A DNA stretch of 64,000 nucleotides from Eledone cirrhosa (taxonomy: Eukaryota): the NCBI GenBank assembly GCA_964016885.1, contig OZ024743.1, forward strand, positions 149,420,001 through 149,484,000. Direction: 5' to 3'. Below the pieces are notes generated by a model. It did no database searches and was not told where the DNA came from. It saw nothing but the letters and a program-made list of their open reading frames with translations. Each line of letters starts with the position of its first letter. Within the stretch, counting starts at the first letter, position 1. A program made the position numbers and the translations under genes. Shown here one piece after another: positions 27,278-39,532 of the stretch.

Positions 27278-30277
27278 ATCATCATCATCATCATCATCAT
27301 CAACGTTTAACGTCCGTGTTCCACGCTTGCATGGGTTTGGATGGGGGTAGTCCCACTTGAGGCAAGAGTGATTGTCTTGCTCGCATAGGACTGTCTGGCA
27401 GGTTTTCTACAGTTGGATGCCCTTCCTAACACCAACCACATTTACAGTGTGGGTCTGGGAGGTTTTTACCGTGTTGCCTACACGGCCACATTACAGCGTG
27501 GACTGTGTGTTTTTTTGTCGTGACACCTACACGATCTCATTTGTTTCGGCCTGGATGGCGCGGCACCAACATAACTTTACATAGAACGGGGTGGTGTGGA
27601 TGGGTGGGGGTGGTGGTGGTGGGACGGGGTGTATTTTGTTAGAGATGCCTACTGGCTGTAGTAGGTTTTACTATGTATTTAGGTAAGGCGGGTCTTCTCT
27701 GTTACTGAGTACCGCCAAAGGTCTCGGTCCAGTGACATTGTCTTGGAGAGGTGTAAGTGTGTGAGGTCGGAGTTTATCAGCTCGTCCCAGGTTTTTCTAG
27801 GCCTGCCTATTCCGTGGCTACCGTCTATCTTTATTGCCCTGCACTTTGTTATACAGCTATCGACTTTCATGCGCATCACGTGTCCATACCAACGTAGCCT
27901 TCTCTCGAGTAAACAACATCTGATCCCTCTTATTTCTAATTTTTTCCTTAGTTCGTTTATGCTTTGCCGTTCACGTATATTACTGTTACACATCCACCGG
28001 AGCATGCAAGCTTCGTTCCTCTCTAGTCTGCGTATATCCTCTGCACACAATGCCCAGGTCTCACTGCCATGCAACATTGCTGTTCGTATGCAGGCATCGT
28101 ACAACCTGCCTTTCATTTTTAGGGAGAACCCTTTAGCAGCTAATAGTGGTATAAGCTCTCTGAACTTTTTCCAACCAGTTCTGACTCTAGCTACTGTACT
28201 TCCAGAGCACCCTCCCCCACTGCTGATTTTATCGCCCAGGTAACGGAAGCTGTCCACTATTTCTATAGAACCCTCTGCGCAATTGAAAGAGCTAGTATTT
28301 TGTGGGCACATGCTGCTACTTATTGCACCAGAGCACCGGCCACATGTAAAATCTATGTTCTTAGTTAGCTTACCTGTGATCCCACTACATCTTTTATGCA
28401 CCCATACTTTGCATTTAGGACATAAAATGGAGTTTCTACCTACGCCTTTCCTACACACCGAGCACGACCATTTCCCAGAAGGGACCGCCGCCTTATTTTC
28501 TTTCCTACAAACTAGAACTTTAGTCTTAGCCAGGTTAATTTTAAGTCCTTTTGATTCTAGGCCGTGCTTCCATGTTTGGAATTTCTTCTCTAGCTCGGCC
28601 ATTGATTCCGCTATGAGTGTCAGGTCGTCTGCGTATAGGAGTTCCCATGGGCAGCCGGTCTTGAACTCCTCTGTTATAGCCTGAAGGGCAATAATAAATA
28701 GTAGGGGGCTGAGAACAGAGCCCTGATGGACGCCAACTTTTACGCTAAACTCTTCACTATATTCGTTGTTAATTCTAACCTTGCTGACTGTTTCTTTATA
28801 CATGGCTTGTATAGCCCTCACAAGCCATTCGTCAATGCCTAGTTTTCTAAGAGCCCACCAGATAATGGAGCGTGGGACTCTGTCGAAGGCTTTCTCCAAG
28901 TCGACAAAAGCTAAGTAGAGGGGTTTACCTTTAGCTAGGTACTTCTCCTGTAGTTGTCGTAGAATGAAAAGAGCGTCTGTGGTACTTTTGCCTGACACAA
29001 ACCCGAACTGCATTTCATCTAGGTCAATTCTCTCTCTGATTAGTTGCGCTATTACTTTTTCCGTGACCTTCATGACCTGGTCGATTAATTTAATGCCTCT
29101 ATAGTTACTCCTATCTAGGGCGTCTCCTTTACCCTTATAACAGTTAACGATGATGCTGCTATGCCAGTCCTTCGGAACAACCCCATTCTGTACGACTTGG
29201 TTAACTATGCGGGTGACCATGGTGTGTCCCACCATGCCAGATGCCTTCAGCATCTCAGCAATTATTTCCGAAGGCCCAGCCGCCTTACCCGTCTTCATAT
29301 CCTTGATTGCCTTACTTATTATACTCCCCTCGACTAACACTGCTGGTCCTTCTATTGGGTGGATATGGGGGAGACTGTCTTTCTCCCATTTATTCTCCTC
29401 ATTTAGTAGCCTTTCATAGTGACACTTCCAAGCTACCTTCTTATCAGCGTCGGTGATGGCAAGTGTGCCATCATCGTTAAGTACACACTTCTCCCCGACA
29501 ATATCACGGTTTTCCTTGACGCATTGCCTAGCAATCCTGAACACCTCACGTTTTTGGTCCTCGCGTTGTAGAACATGCTTGAACTTTCTTTCCTCTGCTT
29601 CCCTTCTTGCTAAGTACACTTGTCTCCTAGCTTCCCTCCTGGCCACTTGATAGACTTCTCTACTTCCCCCATCCCGCCATACTTTCCAAGCCTGCTTTTT
29701 GGCCTTAATTGACCCCTCCACCTTACTGTTCCACCACCATGTTACTCTCCTCCTGCCTACAGGCCTGCTCCAGCCACAGACTTCGTCTGTCGCCATCAGC
29801 AGGTTTGCTTTCAGAAATTCCCACTGTCCCTCTATATTGTCCGACTCTAAATGTTCTTCCTTACTGTCGAAAGCATCAAGTAATATGCTTTGAAATTTAT
29901 TTCTGGCTGTGGGGTCCTTTAGCTTCCATATTTTTCTCCTGAGGATAGTCCTCTTCTGCTGTCGAGTACGTCTCGTCCTGACTATGAGGTCGCTAATTAT
30001 CAGTCTATGTTGGGAGGTGCATTCTTCATGGGGGAGGGATTTAGTGTTTACAACAGACACTCTGGCACGTCTTCTGGTAAGGATATAATCTACCTGGCTT
30101 GTGTGTTCCCCAGATCTATAGGTGATCAGGTGATTGTCACGTTTTTTGAAGTTAGTGTTACAGATAGTTAGGTTATTTGCATCACAGAATTCCAGGATTC
30201 TGGAGCCTTCCTCATTTCTAGTACCAAACCCATAGCCTCCATGGATTTCGTCGTAGCCGTCACAATGTTGTCCAACA
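27278..30277 (-). mobile_element. RTE-clade non-LTR retrotransposon, 5'-truncated, young
   Basis: APE C-terminal part plus RT in one frame, 3' UTR, (GAT)n tail at 27278-27301; 5' end abuts (TA)/(CA) repeat. Confidence 0.95.
27679..30276 (-). CDS. RTE ORF: APE endonuclease (partial) - reverse transcriptase with embedded PHD-like finger
   Basis: Frame stays open upstream of the tracked ORF (GGYGFGTRNEEG..SQVDYIL..SQHRLI); RT motifs NYRGIKL, QFGF, FVDLEKAFDRV, GVHQGSVLSP, YADD, FRYLG; C4HC3 CSVC..CPKC..HKRC..CGRC. Confidence 0.93.
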   Translation of the reverse strand, partial: VGQHCDGYDEIHGGYGFGTRNEEGSRILEFCDANNLTICNTNFKKRDNHLITYRSGEHTSQVDYILTRRRARVSVVNTKSLPHEECTSQHRLIISDLIVRTRRTRQQKRTILRRKIWKLKDPTARNKFQSILLDAFDSKEEHLESDNIEGQWEFLKANLLMATDEVCGWSRPVGRRRVTWWWNSKVEGSIKAKKQAWKVWRDGGSREVYQVARREARRQVYLARREAEERKFKHVLQREDQKREVFRIARQCVKENRDIVGEKCVLNDDGTLAITDADKKVAWKCHYERLLNEENKWEKDSLPHIHPIEGPAVLVEGSIISKAIKDMKTGKAAGPSEIIAEMLKASGMVGHTMVTRIVNQVVQNGVVPKDWHSSIIVNCYKGKGDALDRSNYRGIKLIDQVMKVTEKVIAQLIRERIDLDEMQFGFVSGKSTTDALFILRQLQEKYLAKGKPLYLAFVDLEKAFDRVPRSIIWWALRKLGIDEWLVRAIQAMYKETVSKVRINNEYSEEFSVKVGVHQGSVLSPLLFIIALQAITEEFKTGCPWELLYADDLTLIAESMAELEKKFQTWKHGLESKGLKINLAKTKVLVCRKENKAAVPSGKWSCSVCRKGVGRNSILCPKCKVWVHKRCSGITGKLTKNIDFTCGRCSGAISSSMCPQNTSSFNCAEGSIEIVDSFRYLGDKISSGGGCSGSTVARVRTGWKKFRELIPLLAAKGFSLKMKGRLYDACIRTAMLHGSETWALCAEDIRRLERNEACMLRWMCNSNIRERQSINELRKKLEIRGIRCCLLERRLRWYGHVMRMKVDSCITKCRAIKIDGSHGIGRPRKTWDELINSDLTHLHLSKTMSLDRDLWRYSVTEKTRLT

Positions 30278-30324
30278 TATATGTATATATATGTGTGAGT
30301 GTGTGTGTGTGAGTGTGTGTGTGT

Positions 30325-30495
30325 ATACTGTAAATATGGTTGGTGTTAGGAGGGCATCCATCCATAGAAAACCTGCCAGATACAGTCCTATATGAGTGAG
30401 ACACGGTCACCCGATCAATCTTGCCTCAAGTGGGACAATTCCCATCTAACCCATGCTTGCATGGAAGATAAATGTTAAACGATGATGATGATGAT
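30325..30495 (+). mobile_element. RTE-type 3' end, short insertion
   Basis: Matches 25800-25971; (GAT)n tail. Confidence 0.85.
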
Positions 30496-30503
30496 ATATA
30501 TAT

Positions 30504-30556
<53 letters not shown>

Positions 30557-30562
<6 letters not shown>

Positions 30563-31885
30563 TAACAGATTAAAGTTTAAGCAAAGAATCGCTGCTTTCA
30601 CATTTAACGGGATCTTCTGAAAGTAAAAAAATCAATCCGTGAACGGAGAAGTAAATATTTCGAAAAACGTTGCAACCGAAGGAAGACAGGAAGACGATAC
30701 TTTGGTTCGTGGAGACGTTCCCTGGTAATGAACGGGAAAAAACGAAGATAATACGTCATTATTTGGAGCAGTGAGAAAAATTACACGCAAAGACAAAACC
30801 ACGTTTATGGTATAAATGAAGTCGTAGACTAAAATTCTATTTAGGAAACCGAATGATTCTCAGCTTCAGAGTTAAGAATAATGTAAATAAATTACAGAGG
30901 TTATTGAAATCAACAATAATTAAATATATACATGCACGCATCCAAATACGTACAAACACATGCATACGCGAAAACACCATAACACGCGCACACATACAAA
31001 TACCCGCGCAACACCATACCTGCACACATATGAACGTATACACCAAATACACATAAAAATATTTTAAAAAATTATATATATGTGTGTGGGTGTGCGTGTA
31101 TACATATAATTATATAAACGTATATAAATATACACACATAAATACGTATATAACGCGCGCACACACATACCTACATGTAAATACACATATGTTCGCTAAA
31201 CGAACGTCAACCAAAACACAAAGTACGCATATACACACACTCTACATACGTGCAAACCCGCATACACACACAGACGCAAAATACACGTATACACAATAAC
31301 CATATACACATGTACCAGTATATATAATACAATATATACACCTATAACAAATGCAAGCAAATATACGTACGAGAAAGTATACGTACTTTCACAAAACATA
31401 CAGGTAATATATACTTACCATTACAATTAAGTAATGGTATAAACATAAAATATACTTAGCTCCCACATCAAGACGTAAAATATCCGCGTATTGTTCGTAC
31501 TATCCGTTAGGGTATAATGTGGGGCTGTAATACAGGAAAGTTTTATGCAATTTATGTTTTTAGCCGAAATTGCCTCAGATCTTTTATTTAAGATGTGGTC
31601 ATTGGCGTAGAGTATTTCCAGGTCTTCAGTGGCGCAGAGGTCACATGGTCTTTTATTTCCATTATATGATCTAGCCCAAACTAGGATCACCCAGTGTAAC
31701 CTATATTGGGTGTGGTTGTCTTTTAGACTCCAGATATAAGCTGAAAGTGACGTCATATTCCTTCTTAGAGGGTTAAGAAAAGAATGGGTATGCATGTAAA
31801 GACGTTGCTTGAACCTATTGGCAGTTAACCCTATGTAGGCCCTATGGGATGTGGGTGTTTCAACCAATAATGACTTGTTACCCCA
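30557..31885 (-). mobile_element. Penelope-like element, 5'-truncated (GIY-YIG plus 3' UTR/pLTR)
   Basis: ORF 31427-31909 AYIGLTANRFKQRLYMHTHSF..TSLSAYIWSLK..CDLCATE..LNKRSE; flanked by (TA)n. Confidence 0.9.
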
Positions 31886-31899
31886 TATATATATATTCA

Positions 31900-32172
31900 T
31901 TTCATTCATTCATTTCATTTTACGTCCGCTTTTTCCCTGCTTGCAAGGGTGGGGCGGGAACTGATTCTGGCTTGATTTCTATAGCTGGATGCCCTTCCTA
32001 ACACCAACCTCATTTACAGTGAGTGGTGGGTGCTTTTATGCCGTGGCACCTGCACGACCACTTTGCAGTGGAATGATAGGGACCCCAGTCCCTATCATCT
32101 CATTTCTACAGCTGAGTAAACTGGAGCAATGTGAAATAAAGTGCCTTGCTCAAGGAAACAACACATCACCCG
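31900..32172 (-). mobile_element. tRNA-derived SINE (family A), 5'-truncated
   Basis: Reverse complement of 10330-10600. Confidence 0.9.
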
Positions 32173-32429
32173 ATATATATATATATATATGAAATGTATG
32201 CTTACCAATGCAAATCACCATAATAACAATTGATCAATATAAATAATAGTCAAGAAAATTTGCTAAATTGCCCCTGAGGGTGCACCTGCAAGGCATTGAA
32301 TCTCTCAGATGCTGAATGAATGCATTAACCACTATGCTAAAGAGTTGCTGGCTACCAGTTCTCTCTTTTTAGAAGAATTGAAGCCTGTAGCTAGAAGTGT
32401 AAACCAAGCAGTTGATAAGTTTAATGACA

Positions 32430-33115
32430 TGGGTGTATGACATGTTCATGAGTTTCAAGGGTTGATGTAGCTGGGAAAGCTGGGTGTTGGGTAGTGATTG
32501 TTATCACTGAGGATCTCTCATGATAAATGTTTATTCTAAACATAGCTATGACTGCTTCAAAACGTTTAAACATCCGCTTCAGAATGAGAAAATACTTCAG
32601 CTCCCAACATCTGACCCTCTACAAAGCTCAGGCAAAATCCACAATGGAGGATTGCTCTCATATCAGGGATGGGGAATCTATCAGACTCAAGTATCCTAGA
32701 CCACATCCAGATAAAGGTCACTTATTTGAATGGCATAAAGTTATTGACAAAATACTTCAGTTTCTGGTTGACAGACATTCTGTCTTCTCTCTCTACATCT
32801 TTTATTGATTCTTCAATAATCTCTGCTCCTTAGGATTCGTTGACCTTGAGCCACCTCTACTTAGGGACTCCTGCCTTATTTGGTTTTTTTTTCATCTCAT
32901 CACCCATATTGTATTCAACTACCTTAGGCAATCCACTATGCCCAGTCTTTCCTCCTGAGAGTATTGTGCATTTGAATTCTCTCCCGGCATATGTCTTTCA
33001 TACAAAAGTTGGTCTTCCACAATTTAAACCAAACATCAATAGCATCAATGTGATCAGTCTTGGAGAGCCTGCAAAGGTCATGAGCACAGCCCGTTTTTCC
33101 AGACCTAGCAAATAG
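32430..33115 (+). pseudogene. Decayed LINE 3' end (CR1/Jockey-like)
   Basis: LTLYKAQAKSTMEDCSHI resembles LYKAQ.RP.MEYCSH.W; NSLPAYVF..PQFKPNIN typical LINE C-terminus. Confidence 0.65.
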
Positions 33116-33969
33116 AAAAAAAAATAGGAAATTGATTCCCAATTACTTTTGCAAAATGTTTTTTTTTAGAGATGTTCAAGTTCAGAATTTATAAAATAAA
33201 TAGAACTAGATTTGCAGTAAATCATACCTCACCTTCTCTAACATCAATATAATGTGGGTTGTTACATCAATAGATGATATTGTTAAACTGCAAATTGAGA
33301 CAATGAGAACACAGATAACTGGAAGTTAGAAGAATAACTCAAAATGTTCAAGACTACATAGTGGATTATCTAAAGAAAATCACAGCGAATGAAGAAAAAT
33401 GACACTATCCATTTAGATAAAATATTTTGAATATCATGCAATCCTTGGTTTAACTAAAATAGAATAAAACAGTTTATTTTATTTCAGAAAGAATATGATG
33501 TTTAAATAAAGAATAACACTACAGAGAGAGATAAATTGATAATTGGAGGCAGAGGCAATGGTGGTGGCAGTGGTATTGGTTGTTGCAGTGATAGTGATGA
33601 TGATTATGGTGATGATAAACACAAGTAAAAATTAGAATATACTGTAACTCATTAAAACAACAATGTGATAGCTATTACTTCATGTGTTGAAGCAATAACA
33701 ACTCCAAGATGAAGGCTTCCATTATACCTAGAAACTATTTTTTAAAAAATTCAGATCCCTGTAACCCTTGAAAATACTGAAATGAAGGTCTTTGCTGAAA
33801 GGTGCAATCAAACAAAGAAATTCAGAACAAAATGAGTTAAGTGTGATATATGCTATACATAGAAAAAATAATACTCTGCTTTTGCCATTCTAATTATTTC
33901 TACAATTGTTTTCTAATCTTCAATATGTACTATAGAGTGATTTACTGTTTCTTTTCCTAATTGTTTCAG

Positions 33970-34002
33970 ATTTTGGTGATTTTTTAAAATGAGTATACAG
34001 CC
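33970..34002 (+). other. Candidate small host exon containing a start codon
   Basis: cctaat branch-like site, ttgtttcAG acceptor, AAAATG, GTAAGT donor; no partner exons identified. Confidence 0.25.
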
Positions 34003-35125
34003 GTAAGTATGTGTTTTTAACTGAGCTTTAATGAATCTATTTATTTAACATTTTTAAAAAAAGGAAGAAAAAACGCTACTCTCAAAGGGGATAAACAAAT
34101 TCTCAAGGATCTCTGGGATGAATTAAACACAAACCTCATTATTTCTCTCATCTTTATTCTTATAGCTGCAAAGAAATTTTAGCAGGTGAAATTAAAAGAT
34201 GATAAAAGAAAAGAATGAAAAGAAAACAATAAGATGATTTAAACAAATAGTTAATAATAACAATGAGAATGATAATAGTAACCCAACATCAACAATAACA
34301 ATAGTATTAAATTAAAATAAGATGAAACTGTGAAGAGAGTAAAAACAGTAAGGAGGAAAACCTTTTTAAATTAGTGTTTTTCAGAAAACAAAAAAATGTT
34401 TTGGACAATAAGAAATTTTACAAAGCAATTAGAGAGAGTATTTAAAAGCATATCATACTATAAAAAATATACCAAGAATACAAAGTTCTTTTTAGTTTTT
34501 TGTGTGTTACTTTTTCTGTTTAGTGCTGATTATCTCTAGGCCATAAGCAGTAAATTCATAAATTAAATATAAATTACACTTCCGGTGGCAAAACTGCATT
34601 TGTAAAAGAATTTAATCAAATATAAATTTTATTGGTAGGTTTCATTCAATCGATAGTTAAATGTACCTCTGTGAACACACAATACAAATATCATATGTAC
34701 ACCAATTGATTCACGTAAAAAATTACAAAAAAACAAACAAGCAAAACAAAAAGAAACATAGAATTCGAAAACTACTTCACAAGCAACCCATCTATAAGGG
34801 CAGTAATTCCAAATATAAACTAATGCTGAAGATGGCGCTAGAGCCAAATACACAAAATAATGCACCCAGTCAAAATAGAGGTGGCATAGCCTTCACAAGC
34901 CACATTGCAGTCAGATAATCAAAGAGGGTTGTAATTCCAACTAAAATAAGATGGTGGATAAAAAGGAATCATTAGCTCTGCTGCAGATAATATTTCTAGT
35001 GCTAGTGGTACATTAAAATATATCTGGTTCATGCAACAAGAAGTTGGTGATAGCCAAGGCATCCAGTCATAACAATCACTTCTTTGTTGCATGAACCAGA
35101 TATATTTTAATGTAGCACACACATT

Positions 35126-35198
<73 letters not shown>

Positions 35199-35212
35199 AT
35201 GTATATACACAC

Positions 35213-37255
35213 ACAGATAAATCCACCAATTAATGGTAGGATCCAAACCGTATGAAGAACTCAATGTAATCCGTATGTAGAAGATGTCGTGAAGCAAAGT
35301 TTAAAATAAAAAATTTCAACGATATAATTCATTGGAAGCAGAGTCAAAATAGTACAAATAGTGAACACAATGAAATTAAACAAAATACGGGTAATACATA
35401 GTAAAACTCATTATTTTACGATCGTTTCTGTGGTGTATTTCTCCGTATGTTCATTCTTATGTAAAATATATTACAAATTATCAAAGTAAGAAAATATACA
35501 TACGTCTTCTCTCAGACATAGAGTTTTGTTTATTGAAGAATATAAAAACATGTATGAATAAGTAACCTATAAGAACAAGGTTGAGATTGACCAATAGTAA
35601 AAATAGATCATTAAGCTGGTAATAGTAAAAATAGATCATTAAGCTGGTAGTAGTAGATGAATAAATTAGCAGTCAGGGGATGAGGTATCGAATGACCTTT
35701 AAGAAAAGAAAGTTTCGAGTGTAAAGGAATTTAGACAGATTGTATAGAAATTTCAGAAAAGTGTGGACAGTCAAGGAAGAGTAAAGCTGGAGGAAAAGGG
35801 GTGCAGATATCAGTGTGTTATATCCAGTAGAATAGTATAGAACAATCCTAAATATTTGTTATTTCTTTGTTCAAGGGGAATAATTTGTTCTAAAAATAGA
35901 ACAAGTAGAGGAATATAGATGGAACCAAAGAAAAGTAAAAAGTAGATAAAAAAAATATATAGGTAAGAAAATAATAAAATGTGTATAAGTAGTGTATTGT
36001 ATTAGAGTGGTCAGAGTGAAGTTTTACCTGTAGGGAATTTTATTTTCGAATAAGAAATCTCATTAATAATCTGGTTTTATTAATAGGTTTAAATGTATGT
36101 TGAATATAATTGTTTCTACTTTAGGTACAAGGCCAGCAATTACCCAGTGCATTACTGGTACTTTATTTTATCGACCCCGTAAGGATGAAAGGCAAAGTCA
36201 ACCTCGGCGGGATTTGAACTCAGATCGTAAAGGGACGTAACTATGCTGGAAAGCATGGCGTCCGACCCTCTACCGATACTGCCAATCCACCACCCTATGG
36301 ATGTTGAATATAATGTAATATATAGTGCTCATTAATAGTTAATTATTTAAAACAGTTATAGGGATGAAATATAGGATTGAATCTATGGAGTAATTCTAAT
36401 AGCAAAAAATATATATACACACACATATATATATATTTTTTTATATATATATTTTCTTTTATATTTGTTTCTTTATTTGTTTAGTTGTATTTATAATACT
36501 TGAATGTCTTTCTAATTCTATGGTTACATGCAATAATTAAATCTTGTCTTTTATTTAAAAGAATGTCTTTAGTAATTTCAAAAATTTCTTGGGAACATAG
36601 TCCACACTCCTTTCTATTGCCCTGATAAGAAATGGCTCTCTTGAGAATCTTCCAAGTTAGGTTATAATTAATTTTCTTCTTTTTACAATTATTAACTGCT
36701 TCCGCTAAAGAAGAGGTATTAGCTAATCTTGTGTTTCGAAAACTGTGGGTGTGTGCATAAAATCTCTATTTAAACGGATTAGATGTGGATTCAATATAGG
36801 ATTGATTAGATTCCTTGGTAGTAATTATACATTTATACACTATATTATTAATTTCCATTTAAGGGGCAATTACTTTTTACTCTACAATTACAACCGTTTG
36901 TACATAGGTTTCAGATGTGCTTGCTATATTCCCAATAATAGTGCTAGTATTTGTATTTACATTTTTATATGAGAGAGAAGGGTTTGCGGTTGGGTGGTCA
37001 TGGCTCGAAGGGTTATTAGTTGGTGAAATTATAGGGGATATAGTGTTTATAGAATCATGGTTGTTTTGGAAGTTATTGGTCAGATTGGGTATGTAATTCT
37101 TAGTTCCTATTAAGGATGAGGAAGATGGTAGTTGGTTGTAGGCTGATGTATTGTGTTGGTGAGGTGAGTGAGTGGATGTAACTGGTGGATAGGTAATAAT
37201 ATTCTGGTTATGCGTTGTAGTATTATTATAGTTAGTGTGTTTGTCTACAGAATCG
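35213..37255 (-). mobile_element. PLE derivative with GIY-YIG remnant and long 3' region
   Basis: ~36500-36850 translates YIESTSNPFK*RFYAHTHSF..TSSLA..TWKILKRAISYQGNRKECGLC; hammerhead-like motif near 3' end; no RT seen. Confidence 0.7.
36106..36293 (-). mobile_element. tRNA-derived SINE (family B, Nin-domain-like), full length
   Basis: Minus strand A box TGGCAGTATCGG, B box GAGTTCAAATCC, GCCTTTCATCCTTACGGGGTCGATAAAATAAAGTACCAG central domain; nested in PLE. Confidence 0.88.
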
Positions 37256-37299
37256 AACACTGCACCCTATGGCGCCCCTGGAAAATCTCTGACGAACTG

Positions 37300-37560
37300 C
37301 AACTGCAGATCCCTAGTGTGACTGCCCCCTCAACAGCGGTTGCAGAGTCTCAAGAGTGGTCTACAGCTGTATGGTCTCCACCGAAAGAGAGGAATTCGTG
37401 TATGTGGGTTCCACAAATACCGAGTTCAAATCCTGCTTCCACAACTACATCTGCTCCTTTAGACACAGAAGCAAGAGGTCCGCCACTAGTCTAGCTAAGA
37501 GCATGTGGAGGCTCAAGGAGGAGAACTGGAACTTCAAATTGAGTTGGAAAATTCTCCATT
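37300..37560 (+). pseudogene. PLE GIY-YIG endonuclease fragment
   Basis: VYSCMV..YVGSTNTEFKSCFHNY..SF..SATSLAKSMWRLK..WKIL. Confidence 0.8.
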
Positions 37561-37761
37561 TGATCAACATAGGCCTGGAAAGACTTCATGCAAATATATC
37601 TTACTGTTGGCATTGCTTTATGAACTGGCTAGGGTATCTAGTTACTGGATTGGTCAATTAGTTGAAACGGAAGCATGTATGGACTGTTAGTCTATTTTTC
37701 CTTTTATGCTAGATTCTATTCACTTAGATACTATTTCAAATTTTAGATATTTATCCATAGA

Positions 37762-38434
37762 CTAGCATTAAAGCCCGGCGTTGCTCGGGGTCAGTAAGTT
37801 AGGTTGCACCACCCATTTTATGGCAGCACTTTTTTGTCTGCCAGGCACTGGGTGAATGAATTGCATATCTGAACTGCCGAAGTAGGAGCTGCGCCAGCAG
37901 TGACAATTGTAGTTTCGCCTATGGATATTATCTCTGTGCAAAGAAGTGTTGAAATTTATTGTTTCACAGTACTTGCGCAACACGCGCGTAGACGATGCCA
38001 GCCGAACAACAGAGCTGCGATGGAGTTGTTCTGCATGGTTGTCTAATGTGTGTTTTCTAAATTTAAGACAGTAGGGAGTGGTGTAATATGGAGGAGAGTT
38101 AGCTGGTGTTTCCAGCAGGTTTAGTGATCACATAGAGGATATGTTTTCTAAATTTAAGACAGTAGGGAGTTGTGTGATATGGGGGACAGTTAGCTGCTGT
38201 TTCTAGCAGGTTTAGTGACCTCATAGAGGATATTATTGTGTATAGTAAATAAACTGATACTTCTTTCTTCCACGTTCGTTGAGAGGTTTTAAAAAAGATT
38301 TATCGCTATTTTTTTGTGTTGTTGAATAAATTTATCTGTTGCTTTTGAATAATTGTTGTTTCGTATGAAATGTAATAAGTTCTCTTTGTCATTGAAGTAA
38401 ATAAATGTGTGACCGTTCCACACTCAAAAACAAA

Positions 38435-38473
<39 letters not shown>

Positions 38474-38541
38474 TTCTCTCTCTCTCTCTCTTCGGCGTTC
38501 CTAAAGGAAGTTTGCAAGTTTAATCGTATATCAAAAACAAA

Positions 38542-38618
<77 letters not shown>

Positions 38619-38922
38619 TCTCTCTCTCTTAAAGTTTGTAAGTTTAATCGTATATAAGAGAAGGTTGCAGCATGTATGTAGTTTTATCGAATTAATAGAG
38701 AGAGGTAATATGATTTTATTATAGGGGTAAAGCATCATGTATTTAGTTTTATCGATTATTTACGTAATTGTGGGTGAGTTTGAATGAAGTAAATAGTCGT
38801 TGACTTAAGTTAGACAATTTACAACATTCTTACAGACTTGGGTTTGAAATTGTGCAAATGTATAAACATGGAACATGCACACACACACACAACAACAACA
38901 ACAACAATATGCCTTTTATAGA
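37762..38922 (-). mobile_element. Non-autonomous Helitron
   Basis: Minus strand starts TCTATAAAAG, ends CCCGAGCAACGCCGGG hairpin then CTAG-T; internal ~89-nt tandem duplication at 38052-38232. Confidence 0.75.
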
Positions 38923-39095
38923 TAATGATGGTGAAGTTCTAATGTAACTAAATATAAAAGAATTTTGAATTACTTAATTCATAGTCTATTTAACTTTATT
39001 TACGTTTTTACTTAACACCCTATGAAATGTCTTGCTCATTTTGTGCAGACAAGAACTAAAATTTTCCGTGAGAATCTCAGTGGTACAGAGGTCAC

Positions 39096-39172
<77 letters not shown>

Positions 39173-39365
39173 AATGAGGTTTTTTTACAAAATGAAAGAA
39201 AAACGAGGTGTCCTACACGAGTGAAAGTATAAGGAAAAAAGATGAAATCGAAAATATAACGAGTCTTTTTTTATAAAAATATATATTTATTTGGTTCCTT
39301 TACCGGTTTCGCAGTTCTTCTGCTTTTCAAAAGTAGAATTGAGATGGAGGGTTTGTGGTTTTTCT

Positions 39366-39430
<65 letters not shown>

Positions 39431-39444
39431 TTAATATAGATGAG

Positions 39445-39491
39445 ATTCTACAGGACTAGAACTGTTTCATTCATTAGAAATCATCAGGAAT
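39445..39491 (-). ncRNA. Type I hammerhead ribozyme
   Basis: attc-CTGATGA-t-ttc(taat)gaa-t-GAA-ACAG(ttctagtc)CTGT-A-gaat. Confidence 0.7.
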
Positions 39492-39497
39492 GATTTA

Positions 39498-39532
<35 letters not shown>

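Noticed and set aside
27743-29942. Plus-strand ORFs over the RTE
   Set aside because: Antisense shadows of the RT ORF
33232-33370. Minus-strand coding exon with splice-like signals
   Set aside because: Stop codons in all three frames
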